A stretch of 7,319 nt of DNA, taken from NCBI GenBank assembly GCA_000004985.1, contig GG739147.1; one strand, 5' to 3'. Below, piece by piece: positions 6,584 to 7,319 of the stretch. Each line of letters opens with the position of its first letter. Position 1 is the stretch's first letter. The notes below the pieces were generated by a model. That model ran no database searches and had not been told where the DNA came from. It worked only from the letters and a program-made list of their open reading frames with translations. The DNA is from Naegleria gruberi. Taxonomy: Eukaryota. The position numbers and the translations under genes were made by a program.

Positions 6584-7319
6584 ATGAGTGAACAACAACA
6601 AGAAACTACCACCATTCCTACAACCACTAGTACAACTGATGTTACTACTGTAGGATCTACAACAACAACAACAACTACCATTTCATCATCGGAGTTGGTA
6701 AATGAACAAAATGACAAGAAGAGAAAGAATAAATTTAATAATAATAATAATAACAAGAAAAATAAGAAGCAAAATAACAAACAACAAAATAGTAACAAGG
6801 AAAGAGACGATGAAGATGCAGATTTTGATGTGAGTGGAGAAGATTTAATGATTGAAGATGAATCTACATTGGTTCATTCATCATTTCCATTTGTTATTTC
6901 CTTCTCTTATAATGGAATTCCTTTCAATGGATTACAAATTCAAAATGGAGAAAATTTAGTTAAACATCCACATTTATTAACTATTGAAGCAGTTTTATTG
7001 GATATTCTTTATGGTTCTAATGGTGAATCAGATTTTGAACAAGATGAAACAATTATTAGATATACTAAATCTAAAAATTGTAAAGATATTAGATTACAAA
7101 GAGCTTGTAGAACTGATAGAGGAGTTTCTGCTGTTAGAAATGCATTTGCATGTGTAATGACATTACCAAATACTCAAAATCATAAGGATACATTTAAATT
7201 TAATAACGAAGAACTTTGTAAAACATTGAATGATAGAATTAATAATCATGTTAGAATTAAGAATCTCAATTTGATGGATCAAATCAAAATTTTCAATATT
7301 CAAAGAGTTCCATCAAGAT
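6584..7319 (+). CDS. tRNA pseudouridine synthase, TruA family, Pus3/Deg1-like (3' end beyond window), with a ~100-aa low-complexity N-terminal extension
   Basis: ATG at 6584-6586 is the first ATG after the in-frame TGA at 6566-6568, and the frame has no stop to the window end. The translation contains the TruA N-terminal motif in its Pus3 form (FVISFSYNGIPFNGLQIQ, compare yeast Deg1 YLGWNYNGLAVQ). It also contains the catalytic-Asp motif ACRTDRGVSAV (Pus3-type RTDKGVSA; bacterial TruA has RTDAGVHA). The antisense ORF 6547..6798 is the mirror image of the low-complexity tract. Confidence 0.85.
   Translation, partial: MSEQQQETTTIPTTTSTTDVTTVGSTTTTTTTISSSELVNEQNDKKRKNKFNNNNNNKKNKKQNNKQQNSNKERDDEDADFDVSGEDLMIEDESTLVHSSFPFVISFSYNGIPFNGLQIQNGENLVKHPHLLTIEAVLLDILYGSNGESDFEQDETIIRYTKSKNCKDIRLQRACRTDRGVSAVRNAFACVMTLPNTQNHKDTFKFNNEELCKTLNDRINNHVRIKNLNLMDQIKIFNIQRVPSR
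6590..6800 (+). repeat. coding low-complexity / imperfect trinucleotide-repeat tract: (ACA/ACT/ACC)n Thr run, (AAT)5-6 Asn run, Lys/Asn/Gln-rich segment, then an acidic stretch
   Basis: Directly visible: acaacaacaacaacaact and aataataataataataac within the Pus N-terminal extension. The translation reads TTTIPTTTSTTDVTTVGSTTTTTTT...NNNNNNKKNKKQNNKQQNSNKERDDEDADFD. Confidence 0.8.

Noticed and set aside
6547-6798. Minus-strand 83-aa ORF rich in L/F/V repeats
   Set aside because: It is the reverse complement of the (ACA)n/(AAT)n low-complexity tract of the Pus gene, an artefact of trinucleotide repeats.
1-7319. Ciliate genetic code (TAA/TAG = Gln), suggested by AT-richness and by frame 1 being open across TAA stops at 5560 and 5713
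   Set aside because: The 245-codon Pus ORF and the 162-codon TLDc ORF contain many Gln, all CAA/CAG, and no in-frame TAA/TAG. Reading TAA as Gln after the RING ORF gives a nonsensical extension. The standard code fits.
1-7319. Prokaryotic origin or operon (tight 4-nt gene spacing)
   Set aside because: There are no Shine-Dalgarno motifs. All recognisable proteins are eukaryotic-type (RING-H2, TLDc, Pus3-form RTDRGVSA). The sequence has eukaryote-style low-complexity N/T/K tracts.
1-7319. Searched for CRISPR arrays, tRNA or rRNA genes, transposase or integrase ORFs and terminal inverted repeats
   Set aside because: None was found in the readable 2.7 kb. There are no spaced direct repeats, no cloverleaf-compatible segments I could fold, and no DDE/HUH-like motifs in any frame.

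Overview
This window is A+T-rich (about two-thirds A+T) and 63% of it is unreadable: positions 889-5464 are a single run of 4,576 N. Only 1-888 and 5465-7319 carry sequence. All readable genes sit on the + strand, are closely spaced, and belong to eukaryotic protein families. They use the standard genetic code, since every Gln codon in the clear ORFs is CAA/CAG with no in-frame TAA/TAG. The overall look is of a compact, AT-rich eukaryotic locus, or a eukaryote-like large DNA virus. Asn/Thr/Lys-rich low-complexity coding tracts, a strong A/T third-position bias, and A-runs before start codons fit an amoebozoan or yeast-like organism. I cannot assign a taxon from sequence alone. Supported features, in order: (1) a small RING-H2 zinc-finger protein with a hydrophobic C-terminal tail (68-382). 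(2) Only 4 nt later, an unrecognised helical protein ending in a predicted transmembrane segment, cut off by the gap (387-888+). (3) A short, protein-like C-terminal fragment emerging from the gap (to 5562), with its stop codon embedded in an AATAAA. (4) A TLDc-domain protein (5672-6160), whose likely true N-terminus sits upstream in a different frame, implying an apparent +1 frameshift. (5) A moderately A+T intergenic stretch of 423 bp containing a hairpin and an unexpectedly long 65-codon open frame (49-aa ORF, 6333-6482). (6) A Pus3/Deg1-like TruA-family tRNA pseudouridine synthase with a long low-complexity N-terminal extension, running off the window end (6584-7319+). The giant ORFs in the six-frame track (387..5471, 830..5572, 868..5562 and minus-strand 741..5474) are artefacts of N translating to X. 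I see no CRISPR array, tRNA or rRNA gene, transposase or prokaryotic signal. I see nothing I can defend as a coherent novel multi-gene system in the readable 2.7 kb. The most interesting items are the tight RING/tail-anchor gene pair, the disrupted N-terminus of the TLDc gene, and the small intergenic ORF.
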